Notes under the pieces: generated by a model
Databases searched by the model: none
Told to the model about the DNA's origin: nothing
The model's input: only the letters and a program-made list of their open reading frames with translations
Position numbers and translations under genes: made by a program
Part shown: one piece after another, positions 1-14,019 of the stretch
Layout of the letters: every line of letters begins with the position of its first letter
Numbering within the stretch: the stretch's first letter is position 1
Source of the DNA: Balanoglossus misakiensis
Taxonomy: Eukaryota; Animalia; Hemichordata
DNA: 64,000 bases
Direction of reading: 5' to 3'
Assembly: GCA_040954595.2 (NCBI GenBank)
Contig: CM082586.2
Location: 9,393,337-9,457,336 of the forward strand

Positions 1-92
1 TAGCAAGTTTGAGAAGTGTACCTGCAGCGGTGTCTGAGATCTAGAGCGACAAAGAAATGACACAAGAATAAAGAAAGAAGAAAGAAAGACAG

Positions 93-1588
93 ATTAAAGC
101 TGCAAGCAGCATTGTCCGGGCCCAAGCTCTATTATCTGATCTGATATTAGATATGCACATAATTAATGAGTAGAAACATAATGCTCTGTTTTATCCCATG
201 AAATATCAAGGTTATATCTATGTTTGGTGTTGATATAGTGTTAAGTAGGTCAAAGGTCTCCCAGGGGTCACCCACAATTTGGGCAGAAAATTTTGACCCA
301 TAGTGGTCCATGTCCAACAAAAACCAGACCTCTAGCCCTTTTGGTTAGCCTGGAATTAGGTATGCACATAAATAATGAGTTAAGCAGGTGTCACAGGTGA
401 CCCAAAACTTTGGCTTTTCATTATGGCCCCATACCTCCAAACGCCAAGGTTGTATCTGCTGTGGATGTCGAGATATGCAAAAGTAGGTCAAAGGTCACCC
501 GAGGTCACCCAACATTTGGGCAAAATATTTTGACCCCATACTGGTCCATGTATAACAAAAACAAAACCTCTAGGTCTATTGGTTCATCATTAATTAGGTA
601 TGCGCATATTTAATGAGGTCACCAGAGGTCAAAGGGGTCATGAAAAGTAGCAAAAATTTTTGGTCACATACAAATCCACATACATCAAAAACCAAACTTA
701 TAGCCCTATTGGTTAGCCTGGAATTAGATATGCAGAAAAATGATGCGTCAAAAGTAGGTCAAAGGTCATTGCCAAAATTACCAAAATATTTATAGCTTAT
801 TCTTGTCATATGATGATTCATATCCATAAAAAGAATTTCTGTGCTATCAATTTTTAGGCTAGAAAAGGAATTTTTACTTTTTAATCGTTTTTCACAAAAT
901 CCAATATGGCCGCCATAATCTTCGACCAATCACATTCCTCTTCGCAAACTTGATAGACATCTGTTTAATGACCACACACACCAAATCTTGTGACTCGGTT
1001 ATCGCCCGTTCTTGAGAAGAAGATTTTTGAAGTTTTACTATGGTTTTTCGAAAATCCAATATGGCCGCCATAATCTTCGACCAATCACAATGATCTTCGC
1101 AAACTTGATAGACATCAGTTAGGTGACCACATACCCCAAACCGCGTGACTTAGTTATCACCGGTTCTGGAGAAGAAGATTTTTGAAATTTAAGCCAGATT
1201 TCAGAAAAAAAATTGTAGCAAAAAAACTGCAACATTTACAGCAAAATATCCAATTACAAAAATGATGAGTAGAAGGTAGACTACCTGCACACCAAATTTG
1301 AAGTCGATCTGACTTGTAGTTTCTGAGATCTGAGATTTGCATTTTTTCAGAAAATCCAATATGGCCGCCAGGTCACGTGACTAATTAAAAATTCAAGGGT
1401 TCAATGCACGACTACTCATTGACCTTGACCACTGTAGCAAGTTTCAGAAGTGTACCTGCAGCGGTGTCTGAGATCTAGAGCGACAAAGAATTGACAGAAG
1501 AATAAAGAAAGAAAGAAAGAAAGAAGGAAAGACAGAAAAACCCCAACGAAACCAATAGGGCCCAAGCGCTGGCTTGCGCTTGGGCCCT
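93..1588 (-). mobile_element. One complete uninterrupted HINE copy (3'-end subtype A)
   Basis: 3' stem-loop and subTIR at 93-128, body, microsatellite ~1500-1535, head hairpin 1557-1588. Other complete copies include 31509-32995 and 39139-40630. Confidence 0.8.
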
Positions 1589-1719
1589 AAAAAACCCCAA
1601 CGAAACCAATAGGGCCCAAGCGCTGGTATGCGCTTGGGCCCTAAAGAAAGAAAGCAAGCAAGAAAGAAAAATTCCAACGAAACCAATAGGGCCCAAGCGC
1701 TTGCGTGCGCTTGGGCCCT
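1536..1719 (-). repeat. Stack of 3 HINE 5' heads
   Basis: (CC/TT)CCAACGAAACCAATAGGGCCCAAGCGC-loop-GCGCTTGGGCCCT x3; + strand loops TGGCTT, TGGTAT, TTGCGT. Confidence 0.9.
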
Positions 1720-4700
1720 AATTAAAGCTGCGAGCAGCATTGTCGGGCCCAAGCGCTGATCTTGAATTATATATGCACAGTATGAATGAGGAGAAACAGA
1801 ATTTTCTATCGGGTGTATTATCTCATGACATAACAAGGACATATGTATTTTTGCTGCTGAAATTGGGTAAAGTAGGTCAAAGGTCACCTGAGGTCACCCA
1901 ACATTTGGGCAAAAAATTTTGACCTATGCTGGGCCATGTCCAACAAAAACCAAAACTCTAGCTCTTTTGGTTCGGATGTAATTAGGTATGTGCATATTTA
2001 ATGAGGTCAGCAGGTGTCACAGGTGACCCAAAAATGTGGCTTTACATTCTGGTCCCATCCTACAAAATGCCATGGCTGTATCTGCTCTGGATGCTGAGAT
2101 ATGCGAAAGTAGGTCAAAGGTCACCAGAGGTCACCCAACAATTGGGCAAAAAATTTTGATCCCATACTGGTCCATGTCCAACAAAAACCAAACCTCTAGC
2201 TCTATTGGTTCGCCTGTAATTAGCTATGCGCATAATTAATGAGGTCAACAGAGGTCAAAGGGGTCATGAAAAGTAGCAAAATATTTTGATCACACACTAA
2301 TCCACATGCATCAAAAACCAAAAGTCTAGCCCTATAGGTTAGCCTGGAATTAGATATGCAGAAATAATAACGCGTGATAAGTAGGTCAAAGGTCATGTGA
2401 AAAATCGCCAAAAATTTGTAACATATTTTAGTCATATGATGATTGATATCCATGAAAAGAATTTGTATGCTGTCAATTTTTAGACTAAGAAAAGGAATTT
2501 CAATTTTTCACTGCTTTTTACAAAATCCAATATGGCCGCCATAATCTTCGACCAATCACAATGCTCTTTGCAAACTTGATAGACATCAGTGTTGTGACCA
2601 TACTCCCCGAATCTTGCGACTCAGTTATCGCCCGTTCTGGAGAAGAAGATTTTTGCAGTTTTACTATGGTTTTTCGAAAATCCAATATGGCCGCCATAAT
2701 CTTCGACCAATCACAATGCTTCTTATCAAACTTGATAGACATCAGTTAGGTGACCACATACCCCAAACCGCGTCACTCGGTTATCACCGGTTCTGGAGAA
2801 GAAGATTTTTGAAATTTAAGCCAGATTTCAGAAAAAAAATTGTAGCAAAAAAACTGCAACATTGACAGCAAAATATCCAATTACAAAAATGATGGGTAGA
2901 AGGTAGACTACCTGCACACCAAATTTGAAGTCGATCTGACTTGTAGTTTCTGAGATCTGAGATTTGCATTTTTTCAGAAAATCCAATATGGCCGCCATGT
3001 CACGTGACTAATTAAAAATTCAAGAGTTCAATGCACGACTACCCATTGACCTTGACCACTGTAGCAAGTTTGAGAAGTGTACCTGCAGCGGTGTCTGAGA
3101 TCTAGAGCGACAAAGAAATGACACAAGAATAAAGAAAGAAAGAAAGACAGATTAAAGCTGCGAGCAGCATTGTCGGGCCCAAGCGCTGATCTTGAATTAC
3201 ATATGCACAGTATGAATGAGAAGAAACAGAATTTTCTATCGGATGTATTATCTCATGACATAACAAGGATGTGTGTATTTTTGCTGCTGAAATAGGGTGA
3301 AGTAGGTCAAAGGTCACCTGAGGTCACCAACATTTGGGCAATTTTTTTGACCCATACTGGTCCATGTCCAACAAAAACCAAAACTCTAGCTTTATTGGTT
3401 CGTCTGTAATTAGGTATGTGCATATTTAATGAGGTCAGCAGGTGTCACAGGTGACCCAAAAATGTGGCTTTACATTTTGGTCCCATCCTACCAAATGCCA
3501 TGGCTGTATCTGCTCTGGATGCTGAGATATGCGAAAGTAGGTCAAAGGTCACCAGAGGTCACCCAACATTTGGGGAAAAAAAATTGATCCCATACTGGTC
3601 CATGTCCAACAAAAACCAAACCTCTAGCTCTATTGGTTCGCCTGTAATTAGCTATGCACATAATTAATGAGGTCAGCAGAGGTCAAAGTGGTCATGAAAA
3701 GTAGCAAAATATTTTGATCACACACTAATCCACATGCATCAAAAACCAAAAGTCTAGCCCTATAGGTTAGCCTGGAATTAGATATGCAGAAATAATAACG
3801 TGTGATAAGTAGGTCAAAGGTCGTGTGAAAAATCGCCAAAAATTTGTAACATATTTTAGTCACATGACGATTGATATCCATGAAAAGAATTTAGATGCTA
3901 TCAATTTTTAGACAAGGAAAAGGAATTTCAATTTTTCACTGCTTTTTACAAAATCCAATATGGCCGCCATAATCTTCGACCAATCACAATGCTCTTTGCA
4001 AACTTTATAGACATCAGTGTTGTGACCATACTCCCCGAATCTTGCGACTCAGTTATTGCTCGTTCTGGAGAAGAAGATTTTTGCAGTTTTACTATAGTTT
4101 TTCGAAAATCCAATATGGCCGCCATAATCTTCGACCAATCACAATGCTTCTTATCAAACTTGATAGACATCAGTAAGGTGACCACATACCCCAAACCGTG
4201 TCACTCAGTTATCACCGGTTCTGGAGAAGAAGATTTTTGAAATTTAAGCCAGATTTCAGAAAAAAAATTGTAGCAAAAAAACTGCAACATTTACAGCAAA
4301 ATATCCAATTACAAAAATGATGGGTAGAAGGTAGATTACCTGCACAGCAAATTTGAAGTCGATCTGACTTGTAGTTTCTGAGATCTGAGATTTGCATTTT
4401 TTCAGAAAATCCAATATGGCCGCCAGGTCACGTGACTAATTAAAAATTCAAGAGTTCAATGCACGACTACCCATTGACCTTGACCACTGTAGCAAGTTTG
4501 AGAAGTGTACCTGCAGCGGTGTCTGAGATCTAGAGCGACAAAGAAATGACACAAGAATAAAGAAAGAAGAAAGAAAGACAGAATTAAAGCTGCGAGCAGC
4601 ATTGTCGGGCCCAAGCGCTGATCTCGAATTATATATGCACAGTATGAATGAGAAGAAACAGAATTTTCTATCGGGTGTATCTCATGACATAACAAGGACG

Positions 4701-6008
4701 TGTGTATTTTTGCTGCTGAAATAGGGTGAAGTATGCCAAAGGTCACTTGAGGTCACCCAACATTTGGGCAACTTTTTTTGACCGATACTGGTCCATGTCC
4801 AACAGAAACCAAAACTCTAGCTCTATTGGTTCGCCTGTAATTAGGAATGTGCATATTTAATGAGGTCAGCAGGTGTCACAGGTGACCCAAAAATGTGGCT
4901 TTACATTTTGGTCCCATCCTGCCAAATGCCATGGCTGTATCTGCTCTGGATGCTGAGATATGCGAAAGTAGGTCAAAGGTCACCAGAGGTCATCCAACAT
5001 TTGGGCAAAAAATTTTGACCACATACTGGTCCATGTCCAACAAACACCGAACCACTAGCTCTATTGGTTCGCCTGTAATTAGCTATGCACATAATTAATG
5101 AGGTCAACAGAGGTCAAAGGGGTCATGAAAAGTAGCAAAAATATTTTGATCACACACTAATACACATGCATCAAAAACCAAACATCTAGGCCTATAGGTT
5201 AGCCTGGAAATAGATATGCAGAAATAATAACGTGTGAAAAGTAGGTCAAAGGTTATGTGAAAAATCGCCAAAAATTTGTAACATATTTTAGTCATATGAC
5301 GATTGATATCCATGAAAAGAATTTGTATGCTAACAATTTTTAGACTAGGAAAAGGAATTTCAATTTTTCACTGCTTTTTACAAAATCCAATATGGCCGCC
5401 ATAATCTTCGACCAATCACAATGCTCTTTGCAAACTTGATAGACATCAGTGTTGTGACCATACTCCCCGAATCTTGCGACTCAGTTATCGCCCATTCTGG
5501 AGAAGAAGATTTTTGCAGTTTTACCATGGTTTTTCGAAAATCCAATATGGCCGCCATAATCTTCGACCAATCACAATGCTTCTTATCAAACTTGATAGAC
5601 ATCAGTTAGGTGACCACATACCCCAAACTGCGTGACTCGGTTATTACCGGTTCTGGAGAAGAAGATTTTTGAAATTTAAGCCAGATTTCAGAAAAAAAAT
5701 TGTAGCAAAAAAACTGCAACACTGCAGCAAAATTTCCAATTACAAAAATGATGGGTAGAATGTAGTCTACCTGCATGCCAAATTTGAAGTCGATCTGACT
5801 TGTAGTTTCTGAGATCTGAGATGTGATTTTTTTCAGAAAATCCAATATGGCCGCCACGTCACGTGACTAATTAAGTATTCACAAGTCACTGCACATCTAC
5901 TCATAGACCTTGACCACTGTAGCAAGTTTGAGCAGTGTACCTGCAGTAGTTTCAGAGATTTAGTTGGCCGAAGAATTGACACAAGAATAAAGAAAGAAAG
6001 AAAGAAAG

Positions 6009-6114
6009 AAAAATTCCAACGAAACCAATAGGGCCCAAGCGCAAGCAAGCGCTTGGGCCCTAAAAACCCCAACGAAACCAATAGGGCCCAAGCGCTGGTA
6101 TGCGCTTGGGCCCT
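6009..6114 (-). repeat. Stack of 2 HINE 5' heads
   Basis: Loops AAGCAA, TGGTAT. Confidence 0.9.
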
Positions 6115-9100
6115 AATTAAAGCTGCGAGCAGCATTGTCGGGCCCAAGCGCTGATCTTGAATTACATATGCACAGTATGAATTAGAAGAAACAGAATTTT
6201 CTATCGGATGTATTATCTCATGACATAACAAGGATGTGTGTATTTTTGCTGCTGAAATAGGGTGAAGTAGGTCAAAGGTCACCTGAGGTCACCCAACATT
6301 TGGGCAATTTTTTTGACCCATACTGGTCCATGTCCAACAAAAACCAAAACTCTAACTCTATTGGTTCGCCTGTAATTAGGTATGTGCATATTTAATGAGG
6401 TCAGCAGGTGTCACAGGTGACCCAAAAATGTGGCTTTACATTTTGGTCCAGGTCACCCAACATTTGGGCAAAAAATTTTGATCCCATACTGGTACATGTC
6501 CAACAAAAACCAAACCTCTAGCTCTATTGGTTCGCCTGTAATTAGCTATGCACATAATTAATGAGGTCAGCAGAGGTCAAAGGGGTCATGAAAAGTAGCA
6601 AAATATTTTGATCAGACACTAATCCACATGCATCAAAAACCAAAAGTCTAGCCCTATAGGTTAGCCTGGAATTAGATATGCAGAAATAATAACGCGTGAT
6701 AATTAGGTCAAAGGTCATGTGAAAAATCGCCAAAAATTTGTGACATATTATAGTCACATGACGATTGATATCCATGAAAAGAATTTAGATGCTATCAATT
6801 TTTAGACTAGGAAAAGGAATTTCAATTTTTCACTGCTTTTTACAAAATCCAATATGGCCGCCATTATCTTCGACCAATCACAATGCTCTTTGCAAACTTG
6901 ATAGACATCAGTGTTGTGACCATACTCCCCGAATCTTGCGACTCAGTTATCGCCCGTTCTGGAGAAGAAGATTTTTGCAGTTTTACTATAGTTTTTCGAA
7001 AATCCAATATGGCCGCCATAATCTTCGACCAATCACAATGCTTCTTATCAAACTTGATAGACATCAATTAGGTGACCACATACCCCAAACCGCGTCACTC
7101 GGTTATCACCGGTTCTGGAGAAGAAGATTTTTTAAATTTAAGCCAGATTTCAGAAAAAAAATTGTAGCAAAAAAACTGCAACATTTACAGCAAAATATCC
7201 AATTACAAAAATGATGGGTAGAATGTAGACTACCAGCACAGCAAATTTGAAATCGATCTGACTTGTAGTTTCTGAGATCTGACATTTGCATTTTTTCAGA
7301 AAATCCAATATGGCCGCCATGTCACGTGACTAATTAAAAATTCAAGAGTTCAATGCACGACTACCCATTGACCTTGACCACTGTAGCAAGTTTGAGAAGT
7401 GTACCTGCAGCGGTGTCTGAGATCTAGAGCGACAAAGAAATGACACAAGAATAAAGAAAGAATTAAAGCTGCAAGCAGCATTGTCGGGCCCAAGCGCTGA
7501 TCTCGAATTATATATGCACAGTATGAATGAGAAGAAATATAATTTTCTATCGGGTGTATTATCTCATGACATAACAAGGACGTATGTATTTTTGCTGCTT
7601 AAATAGGGTGAGTAGGTCAAAGGTCACCTGAGGTCACCCAACATTTGGGCAATTTTTTTTTTACCCATACTGGTCCATGTCCAACAAAAACCAAAACTCT
7701 AGCTCTATTGGTTCGCCTGTAATTAGGTATGTGCATATTTAATGAGGTTAGCAGGTGTAACAGGTGACCAAAAAATGTGCTTTACATTTTGTTCCCATCC
7801 TGCCAAATGCCATGGCTGTATCTGCTCTGGATGCTGAGATATGCGAAAGTAGGTCAAAGGTCACAAGAGGTCACCCAAAATTTGGGCAAAAATTTTGATC
7901 CCATACTGGTCCATGTCCAACAAAAATCAAACCTCTAGCTCTATTGGTTCGCCTGAAATTAGCTATGCACATAATTAATGAGGTCAGCAGAGGTCAAAGG
8001 GGTCATGAAAAGTAGCAAAATATTTTGATCACACACTAATCCACATTCATCAAAAACCAAACCTCTAGCCCTATAGGTTAGCCTGGAATTAGATATGCAG
8101 AAATAATAACGCATGATAAGTAGGTCAAAGGTCATGTGAAAAATCACCAAAAAATTGTAGCATATTTTAGTCACATGACGACTGATATCCATAAAAAGAA
8201 TTTGTATGCTATCAATTTTTAGACTAGAAAAAGGAATTTCAATTTGTCACTGCTTTTTACAAAATCCAATATGGCCGCCATAATCTTCGACCAATCACAA
8301 TGCTCTTTGCAAACTTGATAGACATCAGTGTAGTGACCATACTCCCCGAATCTTGCGACTCAGTCATCGGTCGTTCTGGAGAAGAAGATTTTTGCAGTTT
8401 TACTATGGTTTTTCGAAAATCCAATATGGCCGCCATAATCTTCAACCAATCACAATGATCTTCGCAAACTTGATAGACATCAGTTAGGTGACCACATACC
8501 CCAAACCCCGTGTCTCGGTTATCACTGGTTCTGGAGAAGAAGATTTTTGAAATTTAAGCCAGATTTGATAAAAACAACTGTAGCAAAAAAACTGCAACAT
8601 TGACAGCAAAATTTCCAATTACACAAATGATGGGTAGAAGGTAGTCTACCTGCATGCCAAATTTGAAGTCGATCTGACTTGTAGTTTCTGAGATCTGAGA
8701 TTTGATTTTTTTCAGAAAATCCAATATGGCCGCCAGGTCACGTGACTAATTAAGTATTCACAAGTCACTGCACATCTACTCATTGACCTTGACCACTGTA
8801 GCAAGTTTGAGAAGTGTACCTGCAGCGGTGTCTGAGATCTCGTTGCCCAAAGAATTGACACAAGAATAAAGAAAGAAAGAAAGAAAGATTAAAGCTGCGA
8901 GCAGCATTGTCGGGCCCAAGCGCTGATCTTGAATTATATATGCACAGTATGAATGAGAAGAAACAGAATTTTCTATCAGATGTATTATCTCATGACATAA
9001 CAAGGATGTGTGTATTTTTGCTGCTGAAATAGGGTGAAGTAGGTCAAAGGTCACCTGAGGTCACCCAACATTTGGGCAAAAAATTTTGAACCCATACTGG

Positions 9101-12100
9101 TCTATGTCCAACAAAAACCAAAACACTAGCTCTATTGGTTCGCGTGTAATTAGGTATGTGCATATTTAATGAGGTCAGCAGGTGTCACAGGTGACCCAAA
9201 AATGTGGCTTTACATTTTGGTCCCATCCTATCAAATGCCATGGCTGTATCTGCTCTGGATGCTGAGATATGCGAAAGTAGGTCAAAGGTCACCAGAGGTC
9301 ACCCAACATTTGGGCAAAAAATTTTGATCCCATACTTGTCCATGTCCAACAAAAACCAAACCTCTAGCTCTATTGGTTCACCTGTAATTAGCTATGCACA
9401 TAATTAATGAGGTCAGCAGAGGTCAAAGGGGTCATGAAAAGTAGCAAAATATTTTGATCACACACTAATCCACAAGCATCAAAAACCAAACGTCTAGCCC
9501 TATAGGTTAGCCTGGAATTAGATATGCAGAAATAATAACGCGTGATAAGTAGGTCAAAGGTCATGTGAAAAATCGCCAAAAAATTGTAACATATTTTAGT
9601 CACATGACGATTGATATCCATAAAAAGAATTTGTATGCTATCAGTTTTTGGACTAGAAAACGGAATTTCAATTTTTCACTGCTTTTTACAAAATCCAATA
9701 TGGCCGCCATAATCTTCAACCAATCACAATGCTCTTTGCAAACTTGATAGACATCAGTGTAGTGACCATACTCCCCGAATCTTGCGACTCAGTCATCGCC
9801 CGTTCTGGAGAAGAAGATTTTTGGAGTTTAACTATGGTTTTTCGAAAATCCAATATGGCCGCCATAATCTTCGACCAATCACGATGATCTTCGCAAACTT
9901 GATAGACATCACTTAGGTGACCACATACCCCAAACCCCGTGTTTCGGTTATCACTGGTTCTGGAGAAGAAGATTTTTGAAATTTAAGCCAGATTTCAGAA
10001 AAAAAATTGTAGCAAAAAAACTGCAACATTGACAGCAAAATTTCCAATTACAAAAATGATGGGCAGAAGGTAGTCTACCTGCATGCCAAATTTGAAGTCG
10101 ATCTGACTTGTAGTTTCTGAGATCTGAGATTTGAATTTTTTCAGAAAATCCAATATGGCCGCCAGGTCACGTGACTAATTAAGTATTCACAAGTCACTGC
10201 ACATCTACTCATAGACCTTGACCACTGTAGCAAGTTTGAGCAGTGTACCTGCAGTAGTTTCTGAGATTTAGTTGGCCGAAGAATTGACACAAGAATAAAG
10301 AAAGAAAGAAAGAAAGCAAGCAAGAAAGATTAAAGCTGCAAGCAGCATTGTCCGGGCCCAAGCTCTATTATCTGATCTGATATTAGATATGCACATAATT
10401 AATGAGTAGAAACATAATGCTCTGTTTTATCCCATGAAATATCAAGGTTATATCTATGTTTGGTGTTGATATAGTGTTAAGTAGGTCAAAGGTCTCCCAG
10501 GGGTCACCCACAATTTGGGCAGAAAATTTTGACCCATAGTGGTCCATGTCCAACAAAAACCAGACCTCTAGCCCTTTTGGTTAGCCTGGAATTAGGTATG
10601 CACATAAATAATGAGTTAAGCAGGTGTCACAGGTGACCCAAAACTTTGGCTTTTCATTATGGCCCCATACCTCCAAACGCCAAGGTTGTATCTGCTGTGG
10701 ATGTCGAGATATGCAAAAGTAGGTCAAAGGTCACCCGAGGTCACCCAACATTTGGGCAAAATATTTTGACCCCATACTGGTCCATGTATAACAAAAACAA
10801 AACCTCTAGGTCTATTGGTTCATCATTAATTAGGTATGCGCATATTTAATGAGGTCACCAGAGGTCAAAGGGGTCATGAAAAGTAGCAAAAATTTTTGAT
10901 CACATACAAATCCACATACATCAAAAACCAAACTTATAGCCCTATTGGTTAGCCTGGAATTAGATATGCAGAAAAATGATGCGTCAAAAGTAGGTCAAAG
11001 GTCATTGCCAAAATTACCAAAATATTTATAGCTTATTCTTGTCATATGATGATTCATATCCATAAAAAGAATTTCTGTGCTATCAATTTTTAGGCTAGAA
11101 AAGGAATTTTTACTTTTTAATCGTTTTTCACAAAATCCAATATGGCCGCCATAATCTTCGACCAATCACATTCTTCTTCGCAAACTTGATAGACATCTGT
11201 TTAATGACCACACACACCAAATCTTGTGACTCGGTTATCGCCCGTTCTTGAGAAGAAGATTTTTGAAGTTTTACTATGGTTTTTCGAAAATCCAATATGG
11301 CCGCCATAATCTTCGACCAATCACAATGACCTTCGCAAACTTGATAGACATCAGTTAGGTGACCACATACCCCAAACCGCGTGACTTAGTTATCACCGGT
11401 TCTGGAGAAGAAGATTTTTGAAATTTAAGCCAGATTTCAGAAAAAAAATTGTAGCAAAAAAACTGCAACATTTACAGCAAAATATCCAATTACAAAAATG
11501 ATGAGTAGAAGGTAGACTACCTGCACACCAAATTTGAAGTCGATCTGACTTGTAGTTTCTGAGATCTGAGATTTGCATTTTTTCAGAAAATCCAATATGG
11601 CCGCCAGGTCACGTGACTAATTAAAAATTCAAGGGTTCAATGCACGACTACTCATTGACCTTGACCACTGTAGCAAGTTTCAGAAGTGTACCTGCAGCGG
11701 TGTCTGAGATCTAGAGCGACAAAGAATTGACAGAAGAATAAAGAAAGAAAGAAAGAAAGAAGGAAAGACAGATTAAAGCTGCAAGCAGCATTGTCCGGGC
11801 CCAAGCTCTATTATCTGATCAGATTATTAGATATGCACATAATTAATGAGTAGAAACATAATGCTGTGTTTTATCCCATGAAATATCAAGGTTATATCTA
11901 TGTTTGGTGTTGATATAGTGTTAGGTAGGTCAAAGGTCACCCAGAGGTCACCCACAATTTGGGCAGAAAATTTTGATCCATAGTGGTCCATGTCCAACAA
12001 AAACCAGACCTCTAGCCCTTTTGGTTAGCCCGGAATTAGGTATGCACATAAATAATGAGTTAAGCAGGTGTCAAAGGTGACCCAAAACTTTGGCTTTTCA

Positions 12101-13206
12101 TTATGGCCCCATACCTCCAAACGCCAAGGTTGTATCTGCTGTGGATGTCGAGATATGCAAAAGTAGGTCAAAGGTCACCCGAGGTCACCCAACATTTGGG
12201 CAAAATATTTTGACCCCATACTGGTCCATGTATAACAAAAGCAAAACCTCTAGGTCTATTGGTTCATCATTAATTAGGTATGCGCATATTTAATGAGGTC
12301 ACCAGAGGTCAAAGGGGTCATGAAAAGTAGCAACATTTTTTGATCACATACAAATCCACATACATCAAAAACCAAACTTATAGCCCTATTGGTAAGCCTG
12401 GAATTAGATATGCAGAAAAATGATGCGTCAAAAGTAGGTCAAAGGTCATTGCCAAAATTACCAAAATATTTATAGCTTATTCTTGTCATATGATGATTCA
12501 TATCCATAAAAAGAATTTCCGTGCTATCAATTTTTAGGCTAGAAAAGGAATTTTTACTTTTTAATCGTTTTTCACAAAATCCAATATGGCCGCCATAATC
12601 TTCGACCAATCACATTCCCCTTCGCAAACTTGATAGACACCTGTTTAATGACCACACACACCAAATCTTGTGACTCGGTTATCGCCCGTTCTTGAGAAGA
12701 AGATTTTTGAAGTTTTACTATGGTTTTTCGAAAATCCAATATGGCCGCCATAATCTTCGACCAATCACAATGATCTTCGCAAACTTGATAGACATCTGTT
12801 AGGTGACCACATACCCCAAACCGCGTGACTCAGTTATCACCGGTTCTGGAGAAGAAGATTTTTGAAATTTAAGCCAGATTTCAGAAAAAAAATTGTAGCA
12901 AAAAAACTGCAACATTTACAGCAAAATATCCAATTACAAAAATGATGGGTAGAAGGTAGACTACCTGCACACCAAATTTGAAGTCGATCTGACTTGTAGT
13001 TTCTGAGATCTGAGATTTGCATTTTTTCAGAAAATCCAATATGGCCGCCAGGTCACGTGACTAATTAAAAATTCACAGGTTCAATGCACGACTACTCATT
13101 GACCTTGACCACTGTAGCAAGTTTCAGAAGTGTACCTGCAGCGGTGTCTGAGATCTAGAGCGACAAAGAATTGACACAAGAATAAAGAAAGAAAGAAAGA
13201 AGAAAG

Positions 13207-13421
13207 AAAAACCCCAACGAAACCAATAGGGCCCAAGCGCTGGCTTGCGCTTGGGCCCTAAAAAACCCCAACGAAACCAATAGGGCCCAAGCGCTGGCTT
13301 GCGCTTGGGCCCTAAAAAATTCCAACGAAACCAATAGGGCCCAAGCGCTTGCGTGCGCTTGGGCCCTAAAAAATTCCAACGAAACCAATAGGGCCCAAGC
13401 GCTTGCGTGCGCTTGGGCCCT
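13207..13421 (-). repeat. Stack of 4 HINE 5' heads
   Basis: Loops TGGCTT, TGGCTT, TTGCGT, TTGCGT. Confidence 0.9.
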
Positions 13422-14019
13422 AATTAAAGCTGCAAGCAGCATTGTCGGGCCCAAGCGCTGATCTTGACTTATATATGCACAGTATGAATGAGAAAAAACA
13501 GAATTTTCTATCGTATGTATTATCTGATGACATAACAAGGATGTGTGTATTTTTGCTGCTGAAATAGGGTGAAGTAGGTCAAAGGTCACCAGAGGTCACG
13601 CAACATTTGGGCAAAAAATTTTGATCCCATACTGGTCCATGTCCAACAAAAAACAAAACTCTAGCTCTATTGGTTCGCCTGTAATTAGGTATGTGCATAT
13701 TTAATGAGGTCAGCAGGTGTCACAGGTGACTCAAAAATGTGGCTTTACATTTTGGTCCCATCCTACCAAATGCCATGGCTGTATCTGCTCTGGATGCTGA
13801 GATATGCGAAAGTAGGTCAAAGGTCACCAGAGGTCACGCAACATTTGGGCAAAATTTTTTGATCTCATACTGGTCTGTGTCCAACAAAAACCAAACCTCT
13901 AGCTCTATTGGTTTGCCTGTAATTAGCTATGCACATAATTAATGAGGTCAGCAGAGGTCAAAGGGGTCATGAAAAGTAGCAAAATATTTTGATCACACAC
14001 TAATCCACATTCATCAAAA

